Source: a virus (Duplodnaviria; Caudoviricetes). From it: 58,046 nucleotides of DNA. The first letter of the stretch is position 1; every line of letters begins with the position of its first letter. The stretch covers positions 1 to 58,046 of the IMG/VR virus record IMGVR_UViG_3300025652_006157; one strand, given 5' to 3'. Shown here one piece after another: positions 8,104 through 14,962 of the stretch. The position numbers and the translations under genes were made by a program. The notes beneath the pieces were generated by a model that did not search any database, was not told where the DNA came from, and saw nothing but the letters and a program-made list of their open reading frames with translations.

Positions 8104-8175
8104 GGGGTAGGTAGAGGGCTACACCACTCCCTTGCACGGAGAGGTTCCTGGGTTCAATTCCCAGTTACTCCACCA
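8104..8175 (+). tRNA. tRNA-Ala(TGC), short D-arm
   Basis: GGGGTAG/TTACTCC-A-CCA with G3-U70; loop CTTGCAC. Confidence 0.8.
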
Positions 8176-8181
8176 TATTAA

Positions 8182-8257
8182 AGTCGATTAGCTTAGTGGC
8201 AAAAGCAACTCCCTTACAAGGAGAGGATCCTCAGTTCGAGTCTGAGATTGACTACCA
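8182..8257 (+). tRNA. tRNA-Val(TAC)
   Basis: Canonical cloverleaf, loop CTTACAA, CCA. Confidence 0.92.
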
Positions 8258-8263
8258 TTTTAT

Positions 8264-8340
8264 ACGCCTCAAGCTTAAGAGGTATAAGCATTCGGCTCAT
8301 AACCGAGAGATACGGGGTTCGAATCCCTGGGGGCGTACCA
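8264..8340 (+). tRNA. tRNA-Met/Ile2(CAT)
   Basis: ACGCCTC/GGGGCGT-A-CCA, loop CTCATAA. Confidence 0.9.
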
Positions 8341-8346
8341 ATTTAA

Positions 8347-8422
8347 GCGTTTATCGTTCAAGTGGATAGGACATGGGATTTCTACTCCCAGAATCAGGGT
8401 TCGAGTCCTTGTAAGCGCACCA
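8347..8422 (+). tRNA. tRNA-Arg(TCT)
   Basis: GCGTTTA/TAAGCGC-A-CCA, loop TTTCTAC. Confidence 0.92.
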
Positions 8423-8442
8423 CATTAATAGGGTATTTGATA

Positions 8443-8589
8443 GTGATAGCATGTGTATGCTTAAAAGTTAGTTCCTTAGAACTATCTAAGTATAAGTCCT
8501 TAAAAGACTTAATAGAGAAAACAAAAGCAGGAAGTAAGTGCGGTACGTGTATGTCGTATCTAGAAGAACATTATAGAAATGTAGCTTAA
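8443..8589 (+). CDS. Bfd-like [2Fe-2S] ferredoxin
   Basis: GTG start; (M)IACVC...TKAGSKCGTC = CxC...CGxC motif, 48 aa. Confidence 0.7.
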   Translation: MIACVCLKVSSLELSKYKSLKDLIEKTKAGSKCGTCMSYLEEHYRNVA

Positions 8590-8650
8590 CTGGTGGAGCG
8601 CTCGCCTCATACGCGGTAAGGACTTAGTTCGACTCTAAGCATTTCTACCA
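8575..8650 (+). tRNA. tRNA-Met/Ile2(CAT)
   Basis: AGAAATG/CATTTCT-A-CCA, loop CTCATAC. Confidence 0.85.
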
Positions 8651-8656
8651 AATAAT

Positions 8657-8718
8657 GCACAGGTGGCTGAACGGCTTAGGCGGGGGCTTGCAAACCCACT
8701 TTATGCTGGTTCGAATCC
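8657..8718 (+). pseudogene. tRNA-Cys(GCA) 5' portion, interrupted in T-arm
   Basis: GCACAGG acceptor 5' strand, D-arm, TTGCAAA loop; the 3' sequence that follows does not pair with GCACAGG. Confidence 0.75.
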
Positions 8719-8741
8719 CTCGCCCTTTGCCAAATATTTAT

Positions 8742-8770
8742 TTGATTTACTCTACTCATTATAGTATAAT
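8742..8770 (+). promoter_or_regulatory. sigma70 promoter cassette
   Basis: TTGATT-17-TATAAT + AGTTACTTAA. Confidence 0.8.
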
Positions 8771-8795
8771 AGTTACTTAATTAGGAGAAAAGCAA

Positions 8796-8906
8796 ATGAA
8801 GAAAGAAAAACGTAAAAAAGTAAAGCTTAAGAAGATACCTAAGAATGCTACACCTATGTTTCCGCAGGATAGCGATAGTTATATAACTTGGTCAACTTGG
8901 AGTTAA
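8796..8906 (+). CDS. Small basic peptide (36 aa)
   Basis: AGGAG RBS; MKKEKRKKVKLKK...WSTWS*. Confidence 0.5.
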   Translation: MKKEKRKKVKLKKIPKNATPMFPQDSDSYITWSTWS

Positions 8907-8908
8907 AA

Positions 8909-9157
8909 ATGATTAACAAACTACTAGAAGTATTAGCAGGAGCAGGGTACGATATTTATGAGCCAGATGCGGTACGTGATTTAGCTAGTGAGTTGCGCTC
9001 ATATGCAGAGAACCTAGAAGAGCGTAATGAGATTGAAAGCCACATGTATGATATTGGGCTTTTAATGGATGATGCAGAAGCATCAGAAGATACTGACAGA
9101 TTCCAAGAGTTAGAAATCGAGTTAGGCGACTTAGAAAGTGAACTGGAGAACTTATAA
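8909..9157 (+). CDS. Acidic hypothetical protein
   Basis: GGAG RBS, ATG 8909. Confidence 0.65.
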   Translation: MINKLLEVLAGAGYDIYEPDAVRDLASELRSYAENLEERNEIESHMYDIGLLMDDAEASEDTDRFQELEIELGDLESELENL

Positions 9158-9177
9158 TGGAAGATGAACTAGAAGAG

Positions 9178-9211
9178 CTTTATGCTGGTTCGAATCCAAT
9201 CTTGTGCTCCA
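9178..9211 (+). pseudogene. tRNA-Cys 3' portion
   Basis: T-loop then CTTGTGC-T-CCA, complementary to GCACAGG at 8657; U73 discriminator typical of Cys. Confidence 0.75.
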
Positions 9212-9217
9212 AACATT

Positions 9218-9290
9218 GCGGGTATGATCAAGGCGATCCGCCAGCCTTCCAAGCTGCGCAGTAGGGGTTCGAATCCCCTTATCCGCTCCA
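9218..9290 (+). tRNA. tRNA-Gly(TCC)
   Basis: GCGGGTA/TATCCGC-T-CCA, loop CTTCCAA. Confidence 0.85.
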
Positions 9291-9296
9291 TTATTT

Positions 9297-9380
9297 AGTA
9301 AGTATGTAGGTTCGTCTAATGGCTAAGACTTCCCTATCATGGGTAAATGCGGGTTCGAGTCCCATAAATACATACTTATT
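9297..9380 (+). ncRNA. tRNA-like RNA with extended terminal stem, no CCA
   Basis: 12-bp AGTAAGTATGTA/TACATACTTATT stem enclosing D-like arm, hairpin and GGG-TTCGAGT-CCC T-arm. Confidence 0.5.
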
Positions 9381-9389
9381 ATTTTTTAC

Positions 9390-9465
9390 AGTCCTATAGC
9401 TCAGTTGGCAGAGCAAGCGACCGATAATCGCTGTGTCCCTAGTTCGAATCTAGGTAGGACTACCA
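9390..9465 (+). tRNA. tRNA-Ile(GAT)
   Basis: Canonical cloverleaf, loop CCGATAA, CCA. Confidence 0.93.
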
Positions 9466-9510
9466 AATATTGCCTTAGCCCGCCCGCTTCCACTAAAAGT
9501 AAATTTAAGT

Positions 9511-9583
9511 AAGGTAACAGCTATGACGATAGTATGCCTGGGTGCACAGTTAATTGCTGAGGGTTCGACTCCCCTGTTGCCTT
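9511..9583 (+). ncRNA. tRNA-like RNA with 10-bp terminal stem
   Basis: AAGGTAACAG/CTGTTGCCTT, internal hairpins, GGG-TTCGACT-CCC T-arm; no CCA. Confidence 0.45.
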
Positions 9584-9608
9584 TCCTAAATTTATTTGAG
9601 ATATAGAA

Positions 9609-9863
9609 ATGTCAAGACAACTATTAGAAGATATGCTTTATGAGGCTAAGACTAACTCACAAGGCGAAGAAGTGTCGCTAGAGTATGCGTACATATGCTT
9701 CATCGGGTTTTACGACCTAACAAAAGAAGAACGCGAATCCTTAGATACGGAAATGTTGCGCACTAACCTAATACATTACATAGAGCCTAGGGACAATATG
9801 TGCTTAGTTCTAAAGAATATGACGGTAGATACTGCGTTGCATTATTTATCTAGAATACAATAG
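9609..9863 (+). CDS. Hypothetical protein
   Basis: 84-aa ORF. Confidence 0.6.
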   Translation: MSRQLLEDMLYEAKTNSQGEEVSLEYAYICFIGFYDLTKEERESLDTEMLRTNLIHYIEPRDNMCLVLKNMTVDTALHYLSRIQ

Positions 9864-9936
9864 CTTCCTAGCCCAATGTTAGAGCACCAAGCTTTTAACT
9901 CGTAGGTTTTGGGTTCAAGTCCCAAGGAAGCTACCA
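9862..9936 (+). tRNA. tRNA-Lys(TTT), weak anticodon stem
   Basis: AGCTTCC/GGAAGCT-A-CCA, loop CTTTTAA. Confidence 0.75.
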
Positions 9937-10005
9937 ACAAGGATAAGGGACAGGAACTGCTTCCTGCTTATCGACGCCTATAAACGGCTTAGCAGACATT
10001 TTTAT

Positions 10006-10080
10006 GGCGAATTCGTATAGTGGAAATTACAGGGGATTGTCGATCCTCATAGAAGAGTTCAATTATCTTATTCGCTGCCA
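10006..10080 (+). tRNA. tRNA-Asp(GTC)
   Basis: GGCGAAT/ATTCGCT-G-CCA, loop TTGTCGA. Confidence 0.85.
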
Positions 10081-10085
10081 ATTAT

Positions 10086-10161
10086 GCACTTATCGTCTAA
10101 AGGTAAGGACACGGGGTTTTCAATCCTGTAATCGTGGGTTCAAGTCCCCGTAAGTGTACCA
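10086..10161 (+). tRNA. tRNA-Glu(TTC)
   Basis: GCACTTA/TAAGTGT-A-CCA, loop TTTTCAA. Confidence 0.88.
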
Positions 10162-10166
10162 TTTTT

Positions 10167-10308
10167 AGTACCCAGCCACTTAATAAAGATATATGCGGAG
10201 TCTTAGGGGATTAACGACCAAGAAGTACCGTCCTAGGAAGCGAACATCAGTCGCTCCTTTACTTTCCGCGGGTCTAGTCAGTAACTATATATTACTGATG
10301 TGGGTACT
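10167..10308 (+). ncRNA. Unidentified multi-stem RNA
   Basis: AGTACCCA/TGGGTACT closing stem, nested GCGGAG/TTCCGC, TCTTAGG/CCTAGGA, AGCGA/TCGCT, TCAGTAA/TTACTGA, then T-run. Confidence 0.5.
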
Positions 10309-10392
10309 TTTTTCCTATCTACCACGTGTAGAAAAGGTTACGATACCGTCTTAGGGCGCTATCAGCTTTATTATATCCAGTATGGAGAGTCT

Positions 10393-10629
10393 ATGGACTT
10401 ACTTGAAAAGTATATGGTAGATATTAGACAAAGCCATAGAAAAAGGGAAGCAATCGAAAATCTGATCAATGAGATAGATGATCACTTAACTCCGTTGCTA
10501 AGAGAACTAAGAGCACTAGAAGATATTGCCCTTATTCAAAGACTTGTAGACTATTTACCTAAAGGGTATCATAAACAGCTTGCAGAACATCATATAATGA
10601 AGTTAACCCTGCAAGGCTCAGAAACTTAG
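10393..10629 (+). CDS. Hypothetical protein
   Basis: GGAG RBS before ATG 10393 (MDLLEKY...). Confidence 0.6.
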   Translation: MDLLEKYMVDIRQSHRKREAIENLINEIDDHLTPLLRELRALEDIALIQRLVDYLPKGYHKQLAEHHIMKLTLQGSET

Positions 10630-10631
10630 AA

Positions 10632-11038
10632 TTGTTGTATGAAGCAGACAACAGACCTCTTGGACGGCGGTTCGACTCCGCCCTACTCCACCATATAACT
10701 TTTTACTATTAGTTATGCTTATACGGGTAATCTAATACCTTAGGAATAAAGAGTACCACCTCTAGCAGAAGCGTATTCTTCTCAAAATCTATTCGGCGTT
10801 AAAACCCGATGTACTGTTTTTAGGGGGCAGTGTCGCGGATCGTATCCGTGAAAGATATTACTGTAAAAAGTTATATGATGGGGTAGCTTGGTTTCGACAG
10901 GAGGGGGAAGGCAAGTGGACAACACGAGCGGAAATACTCGTAAAACAGAATGAACTAACTTAAACGCAAATGACAACATTTACGCTCTAGCAGCTTAGGC
11001 TCTAGATGTGGTGGGTACTACCATATAAACTAAGTGCC
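10632..11038 (+). ncRNA. ssrA: Circularly permuted (two-piece) tmRNA
   Basis: Acceptor piece ending GGCGG-TTCGACT-CCGCC-CTACTCC-A-CCA at 10693 precedes coding piece starting GGGGTAG..TTTCGAC at 10880; G3-U70; tag ANDNIYALAA* at 10966-10998. Confidence 0.9.
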
Positions 11039-11177
11039 AAAATTAAAAATTCAGGAAATTACTGAGAAATTTTAAGGATTTTTCTATTACAAAAATTCTT
11101 ATTTTGCTATATAATATATATAAGTGCTGAAAATTTTAGCACTGTATCCTAACAAAAATAATTAGAGGAAGTTTTTT

Positions 11178-11249
11178 ATGTGGACAAAACCTGAATACTC
11201 AGATATGCGCTTTGGCTTTGAAGTAACAATGTATATCTGCACACGCTAG
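11178..11249 (+). CDS. pqqA: PQQ precursor peptide PqqA
   Basis: MWTKPEYSDMRFGFEVTMYICTR* (23 aa, E-x-x-x-Y core); GAGGA RBS; TATAAT upstream; terminator downstream. Confidence 0.93.
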   Translation: MWTKPEYSDMRFGFEVTMYICTR

Positions 11250-11262
11250 AATTTAAACTAAT

Positions 11263-11299
11263 GGCGACTTATCTATGTAATTAGATGGGTCGCTTTTTT
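11263..11299 (+). terminator. Rho-independent terminator after pqqA
   Basis: GGCGACTTATCTA/TAGATGGGTCGCT stem + T-run. Confidence 0.85.
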
Positions 11300-11317
11300 G
11301 TCTCTGGAGAAAAGAAA

Positions 11318-11548
11318 ATGAACCAAAAGAAAGCAAAAAGACTTCACAGAATAGCAGAAGCAAGCACACAAGGAATTCCTGGTGTTAGTTACGAACTGGG
11401 ACAGCCTTCTAGATATGAAGCTAGACGCAACGATGCAGGTGACTTCTTGGTACCTTATATCTTTGATAAAGCAGCACGCGGGGTACCTAAAAAGCTAGGC
11501 TACTGCACTCGTTCTGTATACCAAAAAATGAAAAAGTTAAATGGATAG
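11318..11548 (+). CDS. Hypothetical protein
   Basis: GGAG RBS; MNQKKAKRL...CTRSVYQKMKK. Confidence 0.7.
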   Translation: MNQKKAKRLHRIAEASTQGIPGVSYELGQPSRYEARRNDAGDFLVPYIFDKAARGVPKKLGYCTRSVYQKMKKLNG

Positions 11549-11672
11549 CCTAGAGCTAGTAGAGTTACGACAGCATCTGGAAGACTACGAGCAACTTCTA
11601 CTAAAGACAGGCGATTTAGACAAAGCCAGCATAGTACTTGAATTTATAGAAGATCACCTAGAAAATGCTTGA
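11541..11672 (+). CDS. Small hypothetical protein (43 aa)
   Basis: Overlaps both flanking genes (translational coupling). Confidence 0.55.
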   Translation: MDSLELVELRQHLEDYEQLLLKTGDLDKASIVLEFIEDHLENA

Positions 11673-12054
11673 TATAGCAATAATCTGCCTCACCGCCGCA
11701 ATTTACCACGAAGCCAGGGGCGAGCCCCTAATAGGTCAAAGAGCGGTAGCAGAGGTAATTATTAATAGAGTAGAAAGCAAGCATTGGCCTAATACTATAT
11801 GTGAAGTAGTAAAACAAAAGAACCAGTTTTCTTTCTACGATGAGAAAAAGCCTAAAAGAATACTAAACTGGGAAGCAGAAGCTGTAGCCTTTACTATCGC
11901 TAGCAACTATATAATATATGGCTCGCAAGGGATAGTATCAGGCGCTACGTGCTACACCACCTTAGAGATAAATAACAGTTGGACTCAACATTACCAGGTC
12001 TTAAAAAAGATAGGTAGCCACAAGTTCATAGACTGTCTAAGAAAGAAAAGATAA
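11665..12054 (+). CDS. Cell wall hydrolase (SleB/Hydrolase_2)
   Basis: CLTAAIYHEARGE..GQRAVAEVIINRV...WPNTICEVV.Q..QFS. Confidence 0.92.
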   Translation: MLDIAIICLTAAIYHEARGEPLIGQRAVAEVIINRVESKHWPNTICEVVKQKNQFSFYDEKKPKRILNWEAEAVAFTIASNYIIYGSQGIVSGATCYTTLEINNSWTQHYQVLKKIGSHKFIDCLRKKR

Positions 12055-12062
12055 ATATTCAC

Positions 12063-12091
12063 TTGCTTTGTTATGCTTAATTCGGTATAAT
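12063..12091 (+). promoter_or_regulatory. sigma70 promoter cassette
   Basis: TTGCTT-17-TATAAT + AGTTACATAA. Confidence 0.8.
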
Positions 12092-12121
12092 AGTTACATA
12101 ATCTGAGGGAAAGGGAAAGAA

Positions 12122-12280
12122 ATGAAATTTAGCAAAGAAGATAACAAAGCAATAAAAGCAACATACCTAGAAAATAACCAAGAGCAAACAGAAAAAACCT
12201 CTAAAGAGGCAGTATATGGGCTTGCAGAGATGTATGGTTGTGAGTACGGTGATATTGTTAAAGAGCTGCTAGTCGTATAA
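12122..12280 (+). CDS. Small hypothetical protein (52 aa)
   Basis: ORF behind promoter with AGGG RBS. Confidence 0.55.
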   Translation: MKFSKEDNKAIKATYLENNQEQTEKTSKEAVYGLAEMYGCEYGDIVKELLVV

Positions 12281-12300
12281 CCTATTAGAAATTTATTTAC

Positions 12301-12329
12301 TTGATTTACCAAGTTAAACAAAGTATAAT
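12301..12329 (+). promoter_or_regulatory. sigma70 promoter cassette
   Basis: TTGATT-17-TATAAT + AGTTACTTAAGATTGA. Confidence 0.85.
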
Positions 12330-12372
12330 AGTTACTTAAGATTGATAAACAAACCAACAAAGAGGAATAAAA

Positions 12373-12729
12373 ATGAGCACAGCGTGGACAGATGAATTAA
12401 AAGCAGAAGTAGTTCAAACTTACCAAGATCGTAACCCTACTCCTGAAAACTCAATGGATATCGTTAAAGAATTAGCAGAAGAATACGAAAAGACTGCAAA
12501 CGGCATCCGTATGATTTTAACATCAGCAGATGTATATGTGAAAAAAGCAGCAGCAACTCCTGCCGCTAAGAAAGAAGGTGCAGCTCCTCGTGTTAATAAA
12601 GCAGAATGTATTGCAGCATTAAGTGCCGCTATTACAGAAGCTGGTGGCGAGATTGACGATGAAATCCTGAGCAAGTTAACAGGTAAAGCGGCAGTTTACT
12701 TTACAGCGGTATTAGCTGCTTCAAAGTAA
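12373..12729 (+). CDS. Conserved T5-like hypothetical (putative DNA-binding) protein
   Basis: WTDELKAEVV..Y...PTPENSMDIV...KLTGKAAVYF resembles T5-like early proteins; strong RBS. Confidence 0.75.
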   Translation: MSTAWTDELKAEVVQTYQDRNPTPENSMDIVKELAEEYEKTANGIRMILTSADVYVKKAAATPAAKKEGAAPRVNKAECIAALSAAITEAGGEIDDEILSKLTGKAAVYFTAVLAASK

Positions 12730-12756
12730 TTTATTGGGTATAAGGAGTGCTAGAAG

Positions 12757-13374
12757 ATGGCTAGAGTTAAAGTTAAAGACCATGAAAATTTAACAGATGC
12801 TAACATATCTAAAGTGATTGAGCTGTTAGGCTCTAGCACTCCTATAACTAAGAAAGCGGCGTGTGAGGTACTAAACATATCTTATAATACTACTAGACTA
12901 GCTAAGATATTGGAAGATTGGCAAGACCAGAAAGTATATGCTAAAAAACGAAGGGCAGAGTTAAGGGCTAAGCCTGTAACTATAGAAGATGTTAAGTACA
13001 TTATCTCTGAGTATTTAGATGGTGTTGCAGTACAGGAAATATCTGAGCGCACTTTTAGAAGTGCTTCGGTACTAAAGAAAGTACTAGAAAAGTATAAAGT
13101 ACCTTTGCGTGAAGTAGGTAGCAGTTACTTTAATCCTGTAGTTCTACCAGATGATGGCTACTCTAAAGAGTATGCTGTTGGGGATTTAGTCTTCAGTGCT
13201 AGATATAATGTTCCAGCACGGATAGAGGCTTTTAGGTCTAAAGATAAAACGCATGGTAACGTATACCAGATATATTTACTTGGTAACGAAAAACAGAAAG
13301 CGTATCAGCCTGCGTATGAGTTGGGCGACTTAAGGTTCTTGGAAGAAGATTTAGGTATAAAACTTGCTAAATAG
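12757..13374 (+). CDS. Conserved T5-like HTH-like protein
   Basis: TKKAACEVLNISYNTTRL motif. Confidence 0.75.
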   Translation: MARVKVKDHENLTDANISKVIELLGSSTPITKKAACEVLNISYNTTRLAKILEDWQDQKVYAKKRRAELRAKPVTIEDVKYIISEYLDGVAVQEISERTFRSASVLKKVLEKYKVPLREVGSSYFNPVVLPDDGYSKEYAVGDLVFSARYNVPARIEAFRSKDKTHGNVYQIYLLGNEKQKAYQPAYELGDLRFLEEDLGIKLAK

Positions 13375-13382
13375 GGGGAAGT

Positions 13383-13625
13383 ATGAAAGATAAAGAACTG
13401 CGACAAGCTTTGAAAGATGCTGGTATATTTTATGACTTAGAATACGGGCACGTGGCTACGCGAGAACTAGTATATACATTAGGTGCTGGGGTTGATAGTT
13501 TCGTTATTAAAAGTATGACAGATAATATTAAAAGACTACAGGAACAGGTAGAAATGCTATTAAACTACCTTAATGTTAGAGAAGTAGAAGCCCACAAATC
13601 GTTAGTAGATAAGGAAGAAGAATGA
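13383..13625 (+). CDS. Hypothetical protein
   Basis: 80-aa ORF with RBS. Confidence 0.6.
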   Translation: MKDKELRQALKDAGIFYDLEYGHVATRELVYTLGAGVDSFVIKSMTDNIKRLQEQVEMLLNYLNVREVEAHKSLVDKEEE

Positions 13626-13984
13626 GCAAATTAAAGATCTCAGCAAATCGTAAAGCGCAGTCAAACACATACAAGCTAGAAGGGCGTTTTGACAAAAATA
13701 AGAAACGTAAGCTAGAACGGCACTTGAAGAAGTTCCCAAATGATGCACAAGCAAGTAAAGCCTTGAAAGGCGATAACTTTACCTTTCGTAAAGCTCCTCG
13801 GTCAGTAGTGCACAAGTTTATTACTATTACTAAGAAAACTGCCAAAGGTAAAACCTTCCAGGTTAAAGAAGTTGCTCGTCCACGTAAACTTAAAGCATCT
13901 GGTTATGTTAACGGAATTGCGGTTATTGTGGACAATACAGGCAAGAATGCGTTTCAGTTGGCTTTAGAATCAGCAAAAGGGTAG
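13622..13984 (+). CDS. Basic hypothetical protein
   Basis: NKKRKLERHLKKFPNDAQA; position upstream of ligase as in T5-like phages. Confidence 0.7.
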   Translation: MSKLKISANRKAQSNTYKLEGRFDKNKKRKLERHLKKFPNDAQASKALKGDNFTFRKAPRSVVHKFITITKKTAKGKTFQVKEVARPRKLKASGYVNGIAVIVDNTGKNAFQLALESAKG

Positions 13985-13987
13985 AAA

Positions 13988-14962
13988 ATGACAACAGCAG
14001 TAGAGAGACTTTTAGATAGGGCTTGTTCCGCATACTACAAAGGAGAGCCTCTAATGACAGATGCTCAATTTGATAGCTTAGCAGATAAGTACAACTATCA
14101 GAAAATTGGGTCTACTGTGTTAGAGCCTTGGAGTCCTACAGTAACACACGTATTCAAGATGTATTCCTTAAGTAAGGTATATGATGATGAAGAATACAAT
14201 ATATATTACCCTGAAGATCATTGGGTTAAAACCCCTAAGCTGGATGGTGCGGCTGTAGAAGTAACCTATATTGATGGGCATTTAGCTGTGGCTGCTACTC
14301 GTGGCGATGGCGTAAAGGGTCAGGATATTACAGAGAAGATGTTATTGTTAGTACCTGACTTGATACCTGTAGAGGGAAATACCCAGATAGTTGGAGAAGT
14401 AGTAGTTGTAGATAAAAACATTGAGAACTCTAGAAACTATGCCTCTGGTGCTTTGAACCTTAAAGATATCGAAGAGTTCAAAACTAGAATACCAAACCTA
14501 GTATTTATTGCGTACAACTACCAAAATACAAAAGAAACAGATAGAGTCACATACATTGATAGTATGGATTGGATATTTTCATTCGGATTTAATGTAGCAA
14601 CTAAAGTGCTAAAAGGGCACACATACCCTACTGATGGAGAAGTGTTTCGCTTAGACTCTAATGAAGAGTTTTATAAACTAGGATTCACCTCTAAGTTCCC
14701 AAGAGGAGCATATGCAAGAAAGCAATCAAACGCTGTGGAGATTGAAGAAACTGAATTACTAGAGGTAATTTGGCAAGTAGGTCCAAGTGGTAAAGTTACT
14801 CCTGTTGCTATATTTGAGGAAGTAGTTATAGATGATGCTAAGATTACCCGTGCAAGCCTTCATAATCCTGGCTTTATCGAGGATATGGATTTAGATGTTG
14901 GAGATACAATATTGGTCACTAGGGCTGGTGGCGTAATACCAAGAATATTGGGGAAAGTATAG
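13988..14962 (+). CDS. ligA: NAD-dependent DNA ligase subunit A (adenylation/OB)
   Basis: MYSL, KLDG, TRGDG..GQDIT, RNYASG, WQVG.SGKVTPVA, RASLHN, RAGGVIPRI. Confidence 0.95.
   Translation: MTTAVERLLDRACSAYYKGEPLMTDAQFDSLADKYNYQKIGSTVLEPWSPTVTHVFKMYSLSKVYDDEEYNIYYPEDHWVKTPKLDGAAVEVTYIDGHLAVAATRGDGVKGQDITEKMLLLVPDLIPVEGNTQIVGEVVVVDKNIENSRNYASGALNLKDIEEFKTRIPNLVFIAYNYQNTKETDRVTYIDSMDWIFSFGFNVATKVLKGHTYPTDGEVFRLDSNEEFYKLGFTSKFPRGAYARKQSNAVEIEETELLEVIWQVGPSGKVTPVAIFEEVVIDDAKITRASLHNPGFIEDMDLDVGDTILVTRAGGVIPRILGKV

Larger units (their letters stand above)
8699..9197 (+). mobile_element. 479-bp insertion bounded by 20-bp direct repeats within tRNA-Cys
   Basis: CTTTATGCTGGTTCGAATCC at 8699-8718 and 9178-9197; contains promoter cassette and 2 ORFs. 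Confidence 0.65.

Noticed and set aside
9941-10000. Hairpins between tRNA-Lys and tRNA-Asp as a riboswitch
   Set aside because: No downstream CDS to regulate and no match to aptamer consensuses I can recall
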